Shown piece by piece: positions 12,681 to 26,300 of a DNA stretch of 64,000 nucleotides. Under the pieces are notes generated by a model. That model was not told the origin of the DNA, did not search any database, and saw nothing but the letters and a program-made list of their open reading frames with translations. The position numbers were made by a program, and so were the translations under genes. The stretch's first letter is position 1, and each line of letters begins with the position of its first letter. Source of the stretch: Octopus sinensis (lineage: Eukaryota); NCBI RefSeq assembly GCF_006345805.1, contig NC_042998.1:121272001-121336000 (forward strand), given 5' to 3'.

Positions 12681-14266
12681 CACTCTAGTAGTTTTCTTTG
12701 TCATTGTACCAGTACACCATGTGATGAAGAAACAGGAATGGCATGTTGCTGTGTAGCCTGTTGCTCTGTTTAACTGCATGACCAGGCCTTTGGGTTTTGG
12801 TTCTTTTAGTAGAGAACACTCAGATCAAGTCCCCAGTCTGAGAATAACTTTCTCCTCTTTTCCCACCCATCTTAGAGGCTCTTAAAATGGGTTATTCGTA
12901 CTGCTTTTCCTCCATTGATTATGTGATTACAATGCAAAAGAATAAAACACTGTCAGCATGGAAGAATTAATATAATTCTATTTATTTTTTTTTCTAAGGT
13001 GTATCCGATGCCAGTTGGAGAGTCCATCCACAAGTTGATGTGCGTAGTGTTTATATTTATGAAAATCAAAAGTGGACACCTGCATATGGCTATTCAAACA
13101 GGTTGGTTTTTAATACAGTTCTATATTTAAGAGATGCCATTATTTACATTTGACAGATATTTGTCCTCATCTTGTTTGTTGTTACCAACAAACAAGATGA
13201 GGACAATTATCTGTCAAATGTAAATAATGTACAGGTTGGATTTTAGTTCACGCTTTGTTTGGTCAGTAATGTTTACTAACAATTAATAATAATGTTCATC
13301 TCTCTCTCCAAATCTCTCAATTATTGATACTTAACACACATTACTGTTAACTTCTCAATCTACCACTGACAGGTGGAAGCTTTTAATTGTTCACTTGACA
13401 TGCTTGATATAGCAGCCAAATCTCTTTCATATCCCAACTTTATCTTCACATACGAAGAACACATTAAATTGTATAGTCAGTGAGATACCCACAAGAAAAC
13501 AGGATAGCCATGTTTTGAATGTCTTTAACCATTGGTCTTTTCAATCAGAGCTGATATGAGGCTAAAGAAAAACAACTGTTCACCATATCACTCCACTCTC
13601 TCTACTACTACTACTACTACTAGTGGCAATTAATACTATTCACTTCTTCATACCACTAGCAGTTATCACTTATGCTGTTGGTATAGCTGTTTAACCCTGG
13701 GACAGCACAGATGATGCACACCTATAACTATAAGTGAGCACTTAATTGTTTAAGTATATATTTTTGTAATCCCCACCTCTAACTTTTTCATTATTCATTC
13801 AAAAAGTTTCTGTGGGTTTCTATGTCTTGAACATCAGCAATTCAGCTACATTGGTTTAATTCTTGATAGTCACATTTTTTTGTATGGTATATTATTCTGA
13901 GAATGTCAAATATTTGAGATAGTCTCTAATTCACTGTAACTCTCTCTGGTTTGTGAGAGAAAAATAACAGCTTCAATGGCAAGTAACTTTCCTTATTGAA
14001 TGGCATTTCCTTAATACATCTTCAAATTACAACAAATTGTCCATCATATACATCAGCTTACTCTGTCACCACATCAACTAGTTTCTAATGGGATTCACCT
14101 CTGGGATCAACTGTCTTTTACTAGTGTTAAATTCCTGACATAAGATGGGTAGCTTCCAGTTGACAGGCTTCTTGATGTCATAAAATCTTCCATTCAGCAC
14201 CATGCACTGAAAGTACAATACAGTACAACATCCAGTGTTAGGGAGATGATAAGAGCCTATAACAAA

Positions 14267-14310
<44 letters not shown>

Positions 14311-17300
14311 TGTAAAGGCATCACATTTGAAAACTAGCTATAAGTGGATTCTTTATCTCTAGAAACATGGAAAAGATATATTAAATGAAGAGTTTATATA
14401 GGTTGAAAAATGTGAATCAGATTTATTTTTGTATCACTTAGTGGTTATATATATATATATATCATCATCACCATCATCATTGTTTTACGTTAGTTTTCCG
14501 TGCTGGCATGTGTTGGACGGTTTGACTGGGGACTGGCAAACCAGTGGGCTGCACGAGGCTCCAATCTGACCTGGCAGTGTTTCTACAGCTGGACGCTCTT
14601 CCTAATGCCAATCACTCCGAGAATGTAGTTGGTGCTTATTATGTGCCACCAGCACGGGAGCCAATCAGGCAGCACTGGCATTGGCTACCTTCAAATGGTG
14701 CTTTTTACATGCTACCAGCACAGGATCCAGTTGGGGCAGGGAGGCTGGTATCAACCATGCTTGGATGATGCATTTTACATGCCACCGGCACAGGGAGCCA
14801 GTTAAGTGGCACTGGTAATGATCCATGCATGCATGGTGCTTATTGTGTGCCACTAGCATGGGAGCCAGTCAGGTGGCACTCGCATCGGCCATAACTACAA
14901 TTTTCATTTGATTTGATTTTACTTGACTCAATAAGTCTCCTCAAGCATGGAATGTTGCCCAACGATTGAAAGGTACTTTTTAAATATGTTTTGTCTTTGT
15001 TCAAGTTAACATGATGAAACACTTGATAACTAATAAATTGTTTATATTTGTTGTAGAGGTTTTATGGCTGATGGACATGACTGGAGTGACAGATCAGGTA
15101 GATATAAAAGAACCAAAGAAAATACACAGCTTCCATCAGGTCAATGGATATGGGTGAGTTGTAAAACTTATCTCTCTTCCTATTTTCCACAACACCCAGC
15201 AGAACATGCCATTGCCACTAACTAGTTTATAAGGGATAGAGCCTCTACATGGCTGTTTGCCATGTTGGAAATATCAGCTAAACCTCACTCAAATCATCTA
15301 GTTCTATCTTTTAAAAAAGTTAGGACATATTGGATAATGTAGTCCTAGATACACAATGACTAAAAAAGAAGTGGATGGTTACAGCTGAAATGGCTTTGAT
15401 TTTGAGTCTACTGGATTGGTCTGTAGATTGGCTTCTAAGGTTCATTTCTGATGGCCAAGGTAGTTGGGCATCTGCTACTCATTGAAAAGTGAAAAAAATT
15501 AGAATACGATGATTACTTAATGCACTTTATATACTTTATGCACAATTTTATAGACTTAAATACACTGCACTCATAAAATAAATATTCACTCTTATTTTCC
15601 ATTTTCCCATAAACAAAAATATCCTGTACATATGATACAACCTTTAGCTAAAATGTAAACAAGCATGAATATTTCACAGAACTGCATTTACGTGCATGCG
15701 TTAAGTGATAGGTGATATGAAAAACTTAGTTCAATTTAAAAAAATACACTTTTCGCTATCCAATCATCACCTCTACCACCACCTCCATCACTATCATCAT
15801 CATCACTCGCCCTCCTCTCTCTCTCCCCCACCTCTCTCTCTGCCTTTCTTTAACCTCACCATCAGAACATCACCCCTAAAATTATATTTTTAACTCTCCT
15901 CTACCTTCAACTAACTTTTTAAATAACATAATAAGTATTATGTTCCCCTTACCTCATGTCATGGATGCTTCTCTCTCCTTCTTTCTGTCTCTCTCTTCGC
16001 CTTATCCTCTGTTTCTCTCCTTTTTCTTTTTCCTCTCTTTCCCTTCAACTAATCACATGAAAGCGTTATAATTACATTCCTTCTACCTCGCATCATGGAT
16101 GCTTCTCTCTCCCTCTTTTTCTCTTTCCTTTTTTCTCTCTCCCTCTTTTCTTCCTCTCTCTTTGTCTCTCCTCTTTTCTCTCTCTCTCTCTCTTTTTCTC
16201 TTTCTCTCTCTTTTCTTTCTCCCTCTTTTTTTTTAATCACGTGAGAGCATTACTGATGGGCTAAGTAACACAGTGACGAGCAGAATTATTATAAGATATT
16301 TGTGAACTGTCTGATTATCTTGATTGAAACAAAGTATGCATAGGAACAGACATGGCTGTGTAGTTAAGAAGTTTGTTTCAGAACTCTGTGGTTTCAGGGT
16401 TCAAGTCAATACTCTCTGGCACTTTGAGAAGTATTTTACTGTATCCTCAAATCAAGCCAAACCTTCTGAATAAAACTGAGAAGGCAAAGGCAGTAGAAGA
16501 CTATCAGTGAAGTAGTCTTAATTTATCACTTGGTTTACTATTGCCTCTTTTTCATTTTTGGGTATAGAGCCATTGGACTGGCTCCTGTGCAGGTGGCACA
16601 TAAAAAGCACCATTTGAGCGTAGCTGTTACCAGTACCGCCTGACTGGCCCTCGTGCCAGTGGCACATAAAAGCACCCACTTCACTCTCAGAGTGGTTGGC
16701 GTTAGGAAGGGCATCCAGTTGTAGAAACTCTGCCAGATCAGATTGGAGTCTGGTGCAGCCATCTGGTTTGCCAGACCGCAGTCAAATCGTCCAACCCATG
16801 CCAGCATGGAAAGCAGATGTTAAATGATGATGCTGATGAGAGCCTTCTCTGTTATAAGCATTTATTGCTAACTCTTTCAACTGAGAATAACTCTCAAGTT
16901 ATTACTTTCTTTTTTCTCTTATGAAACCCAGTGGTCCTGGGAAAAAATCATGTATGCTGTTTTTGTTCCTCTTACTAAACTATTGTTTAAAAAAATGTAG
17001 CATGATGTTGTGATGAATAAGTGGTATTGAATTCAAGTCCACTAATTATCATCATCATTATCAACATCTTCATCATCATCTTACTATTGCACATCAGTAC
17101 ACTTCAGCCTCTTGTCCACAGAGGTACTGTCTTCTCTTTCTGCTTTTCCTACCAGTATGACAGTGGTCTCTACTCCTTGGAGCTTGCTAGTTTCATTCCA
17201 CCTCTATTCAGGCACTCTTGACTCACTAGTTTCTCTCATCACCCATATTCTCTCCCACCCCTCTAGTTCTTGCATTGACTACTATGCATGTTTTTCCTGC

Positions 17301-20300
17301 AACCATTGATTTGCAAGTGTTCAAGAGGTGCAATAACTACATTAATTTCATTGGTCTCAAAGAATCTGCAAGGGTCATAGGGCACAGCTCCTTCCTCCTG
17401 ACCAAACCAATATGAAAATGTTTATATCATTGTTGTCTTCATCAGTATCATCATCATCACTACCACTGTCATTGTTTCCATGATCACCATTACCACCACT
17501 TCCACCACTATCACCATTATCATCAGCTGCAACAGCAGGATGAAAACTTTGAACTTTACACTAACTCTGTTTTTGGTTCTGACAATGTTGTCTTTTTATT
17601 TATGATAGATGACTGACTGGATAATTGATTATTCTGTGCCAGGTGGTGTGGATCCAGAAGGTTGGCAGTATTCTACAGATTTCAACAGGTCTCCCCACTA
17701 CTTTACTTTCTGTTTTCTATATTAATAAAAGATAATAAATAGGTTTATTCTGCTTTCTTATGTTGACCATGTTTTTTATAATAATCTCAGTCAGTTATAT
17801 TAATACCAGTCTGTTCCGATAATCTTCATGTGTTATAATAATCTCAATCTGTTATAATTAATCCTAATTACTTATAATCCTATTATTATCATATCAATCA
17901 ATTAAGGGAATTCCAATTAGTTATAATAATAATACCAATCTGTTATAATAATTCCAAATAATAATTCCGATATGTTATAATCTCAGTATGACAGTATTTG
18001 ATCCCTAATTCTATCATATTAAGGTGATTATTTAGTCCTTGTTTCTGTAAGTTGTGTGATGTTTACCAACTGTAACTTCTCTCATGAGCTAGTGAAGGAA
18101 TCCTCTACATAGTCGCTCAACTTGCTTGAAATAGCAATCAGATCTTCCTCAAATTACACCCTACTGCCTTGAAAAAAAAGGACACATAAGATTAGATAGT
18201 TCTGAGAGCTCTATACCTAGGAAAGAAATGGTATGGTTGTGACTGGAATGCCTCTGACCATATATTTGTTGGATCATAGCTGAGCTGGAGTTAAACAACA
18301 ATATCAACGATAGATTAATCAATCATTGAAAAGTTTGTCTTGTAATCTATTTCGAACAAGTGAGCTACACTAGAATGTAGTGGGACATTTGTTGATTTAA
18401 TAATGCTACTGCTGGTTTACAGTTGTGATATCTGCTTACAGCTAAGTAGACAGGAGTCTACGAATATGTCAATGCTGGTGATAATATATGAAACACCTGC
18501 TTCTTGGTTTCTCAGCCACTTCTCTTTTAAGCTCAGTCATCTGGCTGTTGATCTAAGCCTAAAATAATGGATATTAAAACTTTGAATGTCTTGCTTCCCT
18601 GGGCATGGACAAATTGGAGCTCTGACATCCAGCAACTGACTTGGTAGACACCCACAAAATTAATCATCATCTTTCCAACAACAAATTTGGGCACCCTTTT
18701 GAATTCCATATGTCTAACACCCGTAGACATACTTACAAAATCAAAAGACAACAGCACCCATGACTTTCAGAAATATTTTTTTGTGCTCAGAATTGTTGAA
18801 TCATGCGATAAACTATCCACATCAGTTGTTAGCTGTTATGACACTACATCCTTCAAAACTGCTATGCTTCCTGAAATTTGTTTCATGCCTCCTCCCCATT
18901 TTTTTTAAACAACTCATTCATTGTTCACTTTCTGTGCATTATTCTATGTACTGTACATGCACTTTTGATTACATTTTCTGATGAGTTGTAGTGCATTTGA
19001 GTACTGTATACATTAAGTTCATTATTATTATGTTAGTACAATATATTGATATACTAACACACTATAGGTATATTGGTATACTAAACTTTTGTAGAGATTT
19101 TGGTATTATCTTTTGGGATGATATATTCTTATTCTATAGTTATATTTTTGTATACTTAACTTTCTATAGATATAATAGGATAATATAGTCTATACATATA
19201 TTTGTTATTGTTGTTTAGTGCTAGGTCAGCGTTAATTGGATAAACTTGTGAACAAAAGCAATCCAGCCATGGTTATTTCATTTATTTTCTATGAGTAGGG
19301 AACCCAGGACCAGGGTACATGTCCTTTTTTAAGACAGTAAGCTGAGAGAAAGATTTAACTGCTATTTCTTGCAGTTTGAGCAACCACATAATGGTTTTCT
19401 TGTTGGCTCAAGTTATATTGATATAGTAGATTGATATATTTACATTCTGTAGGTATAATTGTATAATACAATGGTTTATTCTATAGGTATAGTGATAGGA
19501 TATATTGATAGAGTAATTAATATTCTATAGTTATAATAGTATATAAACATTCTAAAGGTATGATAGTACAATATATTACTATATTAGAATTTTATAGTAA
19601 TAATTGTTTTAAATTTAGACTGAAGGGCCAGCAATTTTGAGAGAAGAATAGGGAAGTCTGTACTACCAACCCCAGTACCTGACTGGTACTTTTATTTTAC
19701 CAACACTGGAGGGATGAAAGGCAAAGTGTACCTCAGCAGAATCTGAACTCATTCTGTAGTAATAATGGTATTAGATGGGCATAAGTAGAAGTGGTTAGTA
19801 ACTAGCTAGCTCTAAGGAGCAGAGGTCATAATAGTAGTAGTAGTGGCAGCTGTAGAAGAAAAGGTAAAGAGAGGAGACAGGTATAATGATGTGATATATT
19901 GGAATACTAGCTTTCCAAAGGTGTATTGCTATACTAATAATCTAGTTATAGTGGTATAATATAGTTGGTATACTAACAGTCTCTAGGTATATTGGTCTAC
20001 AAGCAGTCTATAGATATATTAGTAGAGCTATTTGATATTAACATTCTATAGTTGTATCAGTGTGCTAATGATGTAAGGGCATAATGTTGGTATATTTACA
20101 TTCTGTAGGTGTATTGGTACATTAAGAACCTGTTGATATATTGGCACAGCTTATTGGATATATTAACATTCTATAGGTATATTATATTAATAGTATATAG
20201 ATGATAGAAAATGTTGGTATACTACTAATGTATTGGTATAATGGTAGAATACATTTGTATACTAACAGTCTTTCATACAATGGTGTAGTATTGGTTTACT

Positions 20301-23300
20301 AAATGTCAATAGATATAATGATAAGATAAGAATGGTACATTAACATACAACAGCTATTATATGTCGATATACTAATATTCTGTAGTATATATGATATATT
20401 GCTGTACTAATATTATGTAGCTGTAAAGATATAATGGTATGCTAACATTTTATATGTTTAATAGTTTAGTATATTGCTATAATAATATTCTATATGTATA
20501 ATATTTTACTAACATTATCACTTTAAAATGGAAATTGTTCGTGTAAGTGTCACTCTATTTTCAAATTTATTTAACAAGCAGAAAAAAATTTAAAAAGCTG
20601 ATTTTCTATGTTCCAATTTCTTTTTCTAGACCATTCCATCGTCGAAAAGGCTGGACTGACACAGTGAGAAGGAGGCGTTGGTATAGGTAAGTCTTTTATT
20701 CTTTATAATATAAAATGGTTAAGAGTTTAGATGTAAATTATGTATGCCATTCATAAGCATAGCCTAAGAGAGCAAAAATAGTTCCATGCGAGTCAAACCA
20801 TGTATGATACAATGCTATCAGTAGTGACTGCACAACTGAATATACCAAATAAGTTCTGCTAAATTTAATGTCGTCTTAGCACTTATAAACGTTTTTCCGT
20901 ATAAACCGATAGTATTACCTCCCTTGTTTCACATTGGGATTACAGAAAACTTCGTAGCCACTCATCTTAGGCCCTGTTTGTAAATATCACACACACAGAC
21001 ATATATATATATGATGACAATATTGTCATCATTGTTTTAACAGCAACTTTTTCCATGCTGGCACAGGTTCCATGTGACTTCCTGAGTTTTCTATGGTTGG
21101 ATACCTTTCTTGATACTAATCCTGACTTTGTTTTCAGTGATAGTATTTTATTCTATATTTTATTTTTCTATAGTCCTTACACATAGAAACTACTGATCTG
21201 TCAGACGTACCATTTATGTGGGACATAAACAAATGCCATCACTGCCTAAGCAGTATCAATGCAAGGACACACTCACATGCACAAACACACACACATACAC
21301 ACACACGCACACATGACAGGCTTCTCTACAGTATCTATCTACCGAGTTTCACTCACAAAGTATCGGTCAATCGAAGGCTGTAGTAGATGACAGTTACCCA
21401 AGGTGTCATGTAATGGGATCAATCCGGAAACCACACAGCCATGCCTGAGCTTATATATCATCATCATCCTTTTAGTGTTCGTTTTCCATGCTAGCCAGGG
21501 TTGGACAGTTTAACCAGAGCTGGAAAGCAGGAGAGCTGCACCAAGTTCCAGTTTGATTATTTTGGTTTCTATGGCTGGTTGCCTTTCCTAATGCCAACCA
21601 CTTACATTGTGTACTGGGTGCTTTTTGTGTGAAACTGGCATGGGTTTTCTTACATGGCACTAGCAAGGGTGCTCTCTATATATGGTACCAGCACAGGTGC
21701 TGTTTATGTGGCGCTGGACCAGGGCTCTTGCAGGCCAATTCTTTTCTGCTGGAGTAGCAGTATTAACACTTTTGCTGTGGAGGACAGGTCTTGAGTACAG
21801 AAAGGTGCCAGATATCTTGGTTCTTTTTCATCTCCTCCATAAGGTTCAGTGTCCTGAAATCATCCTTCAGTACTTTGTCCTATGTTTTCCCAGGTCTCCT
21901 TCCACAAGTTCCATCTCCTTTGAGTGATTGGGACTTCTGTATGGAACTGTCTAAAAAAAGATAGTCTAGTAATGGGGCATATAAGCCCTCGACGGAAAAA
22001 AGTAGGTTTTTCCATATGCATGGGACTTGAACCCATACCTCTTTGTTTTCACGACAAGTATGCTACCATTACTCTAGTGCACAACCTACTTCATTCCGTC
22101 AGATTTAAGAACTATAATTAGTTTGTAGTGTTGTTTTGTAAACAAACTTTCATGTGCTTTTACTGCAATGGTTTTTGTTAAGCAACGTCAATTTTTACAA
22201 TTCTGTAAACAATAATAATAGCATTTTATAAGCTTAAAGCTCATAAGCGATCTTATATGACCCCTGGTTAAGAACCACTGATATAAACCATTATTTCATT
22301 ATCCAAACCACTCCATTGTAACAAGGTTCAATACACTGCCTCATCTTCCACACTACACACTGTAATATAATGTTTAAATGTTTAGTATACACTGTCTCAC
22401 TACTCTAACATTACTGTATTATACTGTTTAATATCCCATTATTTTACTACACACACTACACTATTATTATAATGTCCAGTACACATTGTACACTACTCAC
22501 ACTGTATTGTACTGTGCAGTACATGCTCTTTTATTATCCATAGAACATGATTGTGTTATAATGTTCAGTGCACTAATAGCATCATGTTCCATCTTCATCC
22601 ATAGACAAAGATTAATTCATTAACTTTTATCACTGACAAAAGAACTATTAAGTCTTTTAGTTCTGTTTCTAACAAAAACACAATTTAATTAAGGGAAACT
22701 TGCACTTTTTGACTCTATGGTTCAGAAAATGTAACCAATGCAATTGCATTGTCTTGAATGTTTGTATTAGGTTATAAGAGAATGATCTAGTTATGAACTA
22801 GACTTTGAGTATATTAAAACTACTCTGGTATTAAATGAAAACCTCTTATCTACTTTTATTCTTGTATATGTTTCAGCCGTGAGGCTGTGGCCATGCTGGG
22901 CATGCTTTGGTTTTATATTCTATTTTATGTTTGATAGATATTTTGTGTATTGATTTGAGATTTTGAAAATATTACAGCCCTTTACAATTACCATACCCCA
23001 CCACATACACAAACATTACCACACTGTACTGTTACAATATTACATAACAACACACCACATCATGCACATAACGCCACTGCACCATTACTATACCAGACCA
23101 TATCAATCACCATACTGTTAGCATATCACACACACACATCACCACTAATAACAAAAAGCTTTATCATAAACACATACATGCACTCTCTTACACACATGCA
23201 TATGTACACACACTCAACTTTGTTTCAGGAAATGTAAAATCTCTACACGTGGTCCCTGGCTTGAGATTGGCCCCACAAAATTACTGGATATATCTATTCA

Positions 23301-26300
23301 AGTAGCTGACCTTCATCTAACAGACAATCAGTCTCTTTACTCACAACCTGTTGCTGTATGGGCAGTTGGCTGGAACGGAGATGTACTTTGCCGTCGGGGG
23401 GTTACCCCAAGTACACCACAGGTAACACAATATTGTCTTTTTCAATCTGTCTTGTTTTTCTTTACACTTACGTCCAGAGAAGAAGACTAATGCCAATGAC
23501 ACATGCAAGTTCTTCTTTCTAAGCTAGTAAAATTGTTATTCAGCAGACCTGTGGTCAAAGGTGTTCCAGCCATGACTATCTCATATTTCTTCTGATGCGG
23601 TATATCTGGGACTACATTACACCTTTTTTGTTAAGGTGTTAGGTAGTTATAGTGAAATATGTAACCAGGTCAGGGATAATGAACCCTCCTTTGCCCACAA
23701 TTGAAATTTCATCCAAATTTAAATCTGAAACTATATGATCTGATGAAGTCTCTAAAATTCCATATGAAAAATGAAAAACAGGTTTAGGCCTTAAGGCCAA
23801 AACAGTAATTTAATACATGTTGCTTATCTAAAGATCTGTTATATAAAAAATTTATTGTTTTTTTCAATATTAATGCTCTTCTACTAGTTCTTATACACTT
23901 GCATTTGACCTCTAGTATTAAAAAGATTCTCTGTTACTAATTCATAAACTCTTAACTTATCATAGTTCTTATTCAATTTGAACTTCTACAAATTTCTCTT
24001 GTAAAAGACAAATATTGGCAGGGGATATATTCCAGGAGAAGACTTTCTGGTTGATGGCAATTGAATGTTTAGGTCAAGTGTTTAATGCATAGTTTGGAGC
24101 AGGGATTATGATGGAAGAGGTGGATGCATTGGGTGGACTTGGACTGGGGTAGTACACAAGTTAATAGCTCAGAGAAGAATACTTAACTAGTTAAGTATTA
24201 AAAGTTTCTATTCTCCCTACCCCATCAGCTTTGGCCTACTAATTTTAGCTGAAATACATTCAACTGTACCAGAAGATGTTCTTCAAAGAGAGCTTGATTT
24301 ATGGCTCTGCCACTTAAACTGTCTCTTCCTCTATCTATAAAAAATAGATTCTTGGTGTTGTCTCCACTAGACTTAATAGAATAATATTAAACCCCTTCTC
24401 CCAATAGTAAATCTAAATAACAAAGTAAATTCAGTGATAAGTAGTGTATCTATGAATAAATATCATTTATTACCATGTTTCTGTTGATGAGACTAGTCTC
24501 TCTGTCTATCTACCTGTCCTCTTTGTGATGTTGGTAAATGGAATAAGTATAAAAATAAATCTTTTCAATTTAACTAAAAATTCCTTATGCAGCTGAAGAT
24601 TGCTCTACATTTTAAAACTGATGTAATACTTGCATTGTTTAATTAAACGAAGTCGCATGAAACAATCGTACTGCATTACCTTTGGATATCCTTGTTGCTT
24701 ATTTTGATTATAATCACCCCATTTTGAATTATATGGATATTACTATACCAAATTCTGGTGCCTTTAACTTAAGTACCATATTCAACTAAATAAATATATA
24801 TATATATATATATATGAAATGTTATATAGTTACAGTTTTAATGTTTTAGCAAAGAAACTGCTTTCACTAATTCATAATTCCTCTGAAACCAATTATTTTG
24901 AATCTACATTTACATATTCAAAATAATCTGCTTCAGATGAGCTATAAATTAATGGAAGTAAAATTTCTTTGCTAGAACATTAAATTCTATAACATAGAAA
25001 CTATTACACCCTGTTTGTTGTTCTTCCACCTTGTCTTTGTGCTTTTTTGTTGTTTTATTTTTGCATTTTTGGACGATATGTATACACATACATTAATACA
25101 TGTGTCTATGTTTATACATATACTTACAAACAGGGAGTACAAGAGAGATTTCAGACACTAGAGTACGATTTTGAGCAGATAGGGGCTTCTTCATGGTTTC
25201 ATGTTCTCTGTAATGTTTACATATGTATTTAAGGATCCAAAATACTGTGTAATTGACAGTTCAGTTAGCTTGTAGCACCAGCTCCAATGTCAGTTAGAAT
25301 ACAATTGAGAAGCACTTCAGTTTCTGTTCTCTGGAATCTCCATAGAAAGTTGGAAGTCTTCAATTGTACTTTATCCATCTACCCTTACAACAGATTATTA
25401 GATAGGTAACATTATGAACACTCCATCTAAATTACATAGCATCTTTCATTTAGAGTGTGTATTTTTCAGTTTGTGTTAATTTGTATTTCAGGGTGCTTAT
25501 TGGCAGCATATACCCACAGCAACTGATCAACCATTCCAAGCTATATCTGTGGGAGGAGAGTTCCGAGTGTGGGCTATTGCCAAAGATGGTTCAGCATGGT
25601 TTCGTTGTGGAGTTTCTCTCAATAATCCAGCCGGTAAACATTTCATTGCCTTCACCACTGTCTGCTACATTTAATACTTCATCATCAGTATCATTATCAG
25701 ATTAACGGTTTAGTCAGATTTGCAGTAGGCTGTCTATGCCAATATTTTCATCCTGTGACATCTCACTGGAAGACACAACATTATCAGGTCTAACCTATTT
25801 CTTTCTATATCTCTCTTCGTATACCATAAACATGCCCATCATCCTCCACCAACCTCATATATCAGTTTCTCAAATACCCATTGCCCTTATTTTACTACTG
25901 TACAACATCACACCTTTTACACTCAGTCTATATAGTTTACAATACAGAGTATAGAAGTAAAGTGTGTAGAGTATGGTCATCTCAAAAAGAAGATTGGGTT
26001 TCAGCTGCACAGGATCTCCTTGATTGTGTCAAGGTAGAGGAAAACTTTTGAAAATGGTCATAACAGGTGACAAATCATGGGTCTATGGCTATGACCCCGA
26101 AATCAAGGCAAAAATCAAATCTCACTTGAAAGGAATAATATTTCAAAACATCAAGGAAATCTAAGAGAATGTGATGAGGCAGTTGCTTACTATTCCAAAA
26201 AAGGAGTTCCAGGAATGCTTCCTATGGTAACAATGCTGGATAGAGTGTGTGGCTTCAGAAGGGAACTACTTCAGAGGAGATAAAATGCTGACCTGACATT

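Noticed and set aside
23735-23810. CTGATGA...GAAAA possible hammerhead
   Set aside because: No helix I complement and no NUH with helix III closure were found.
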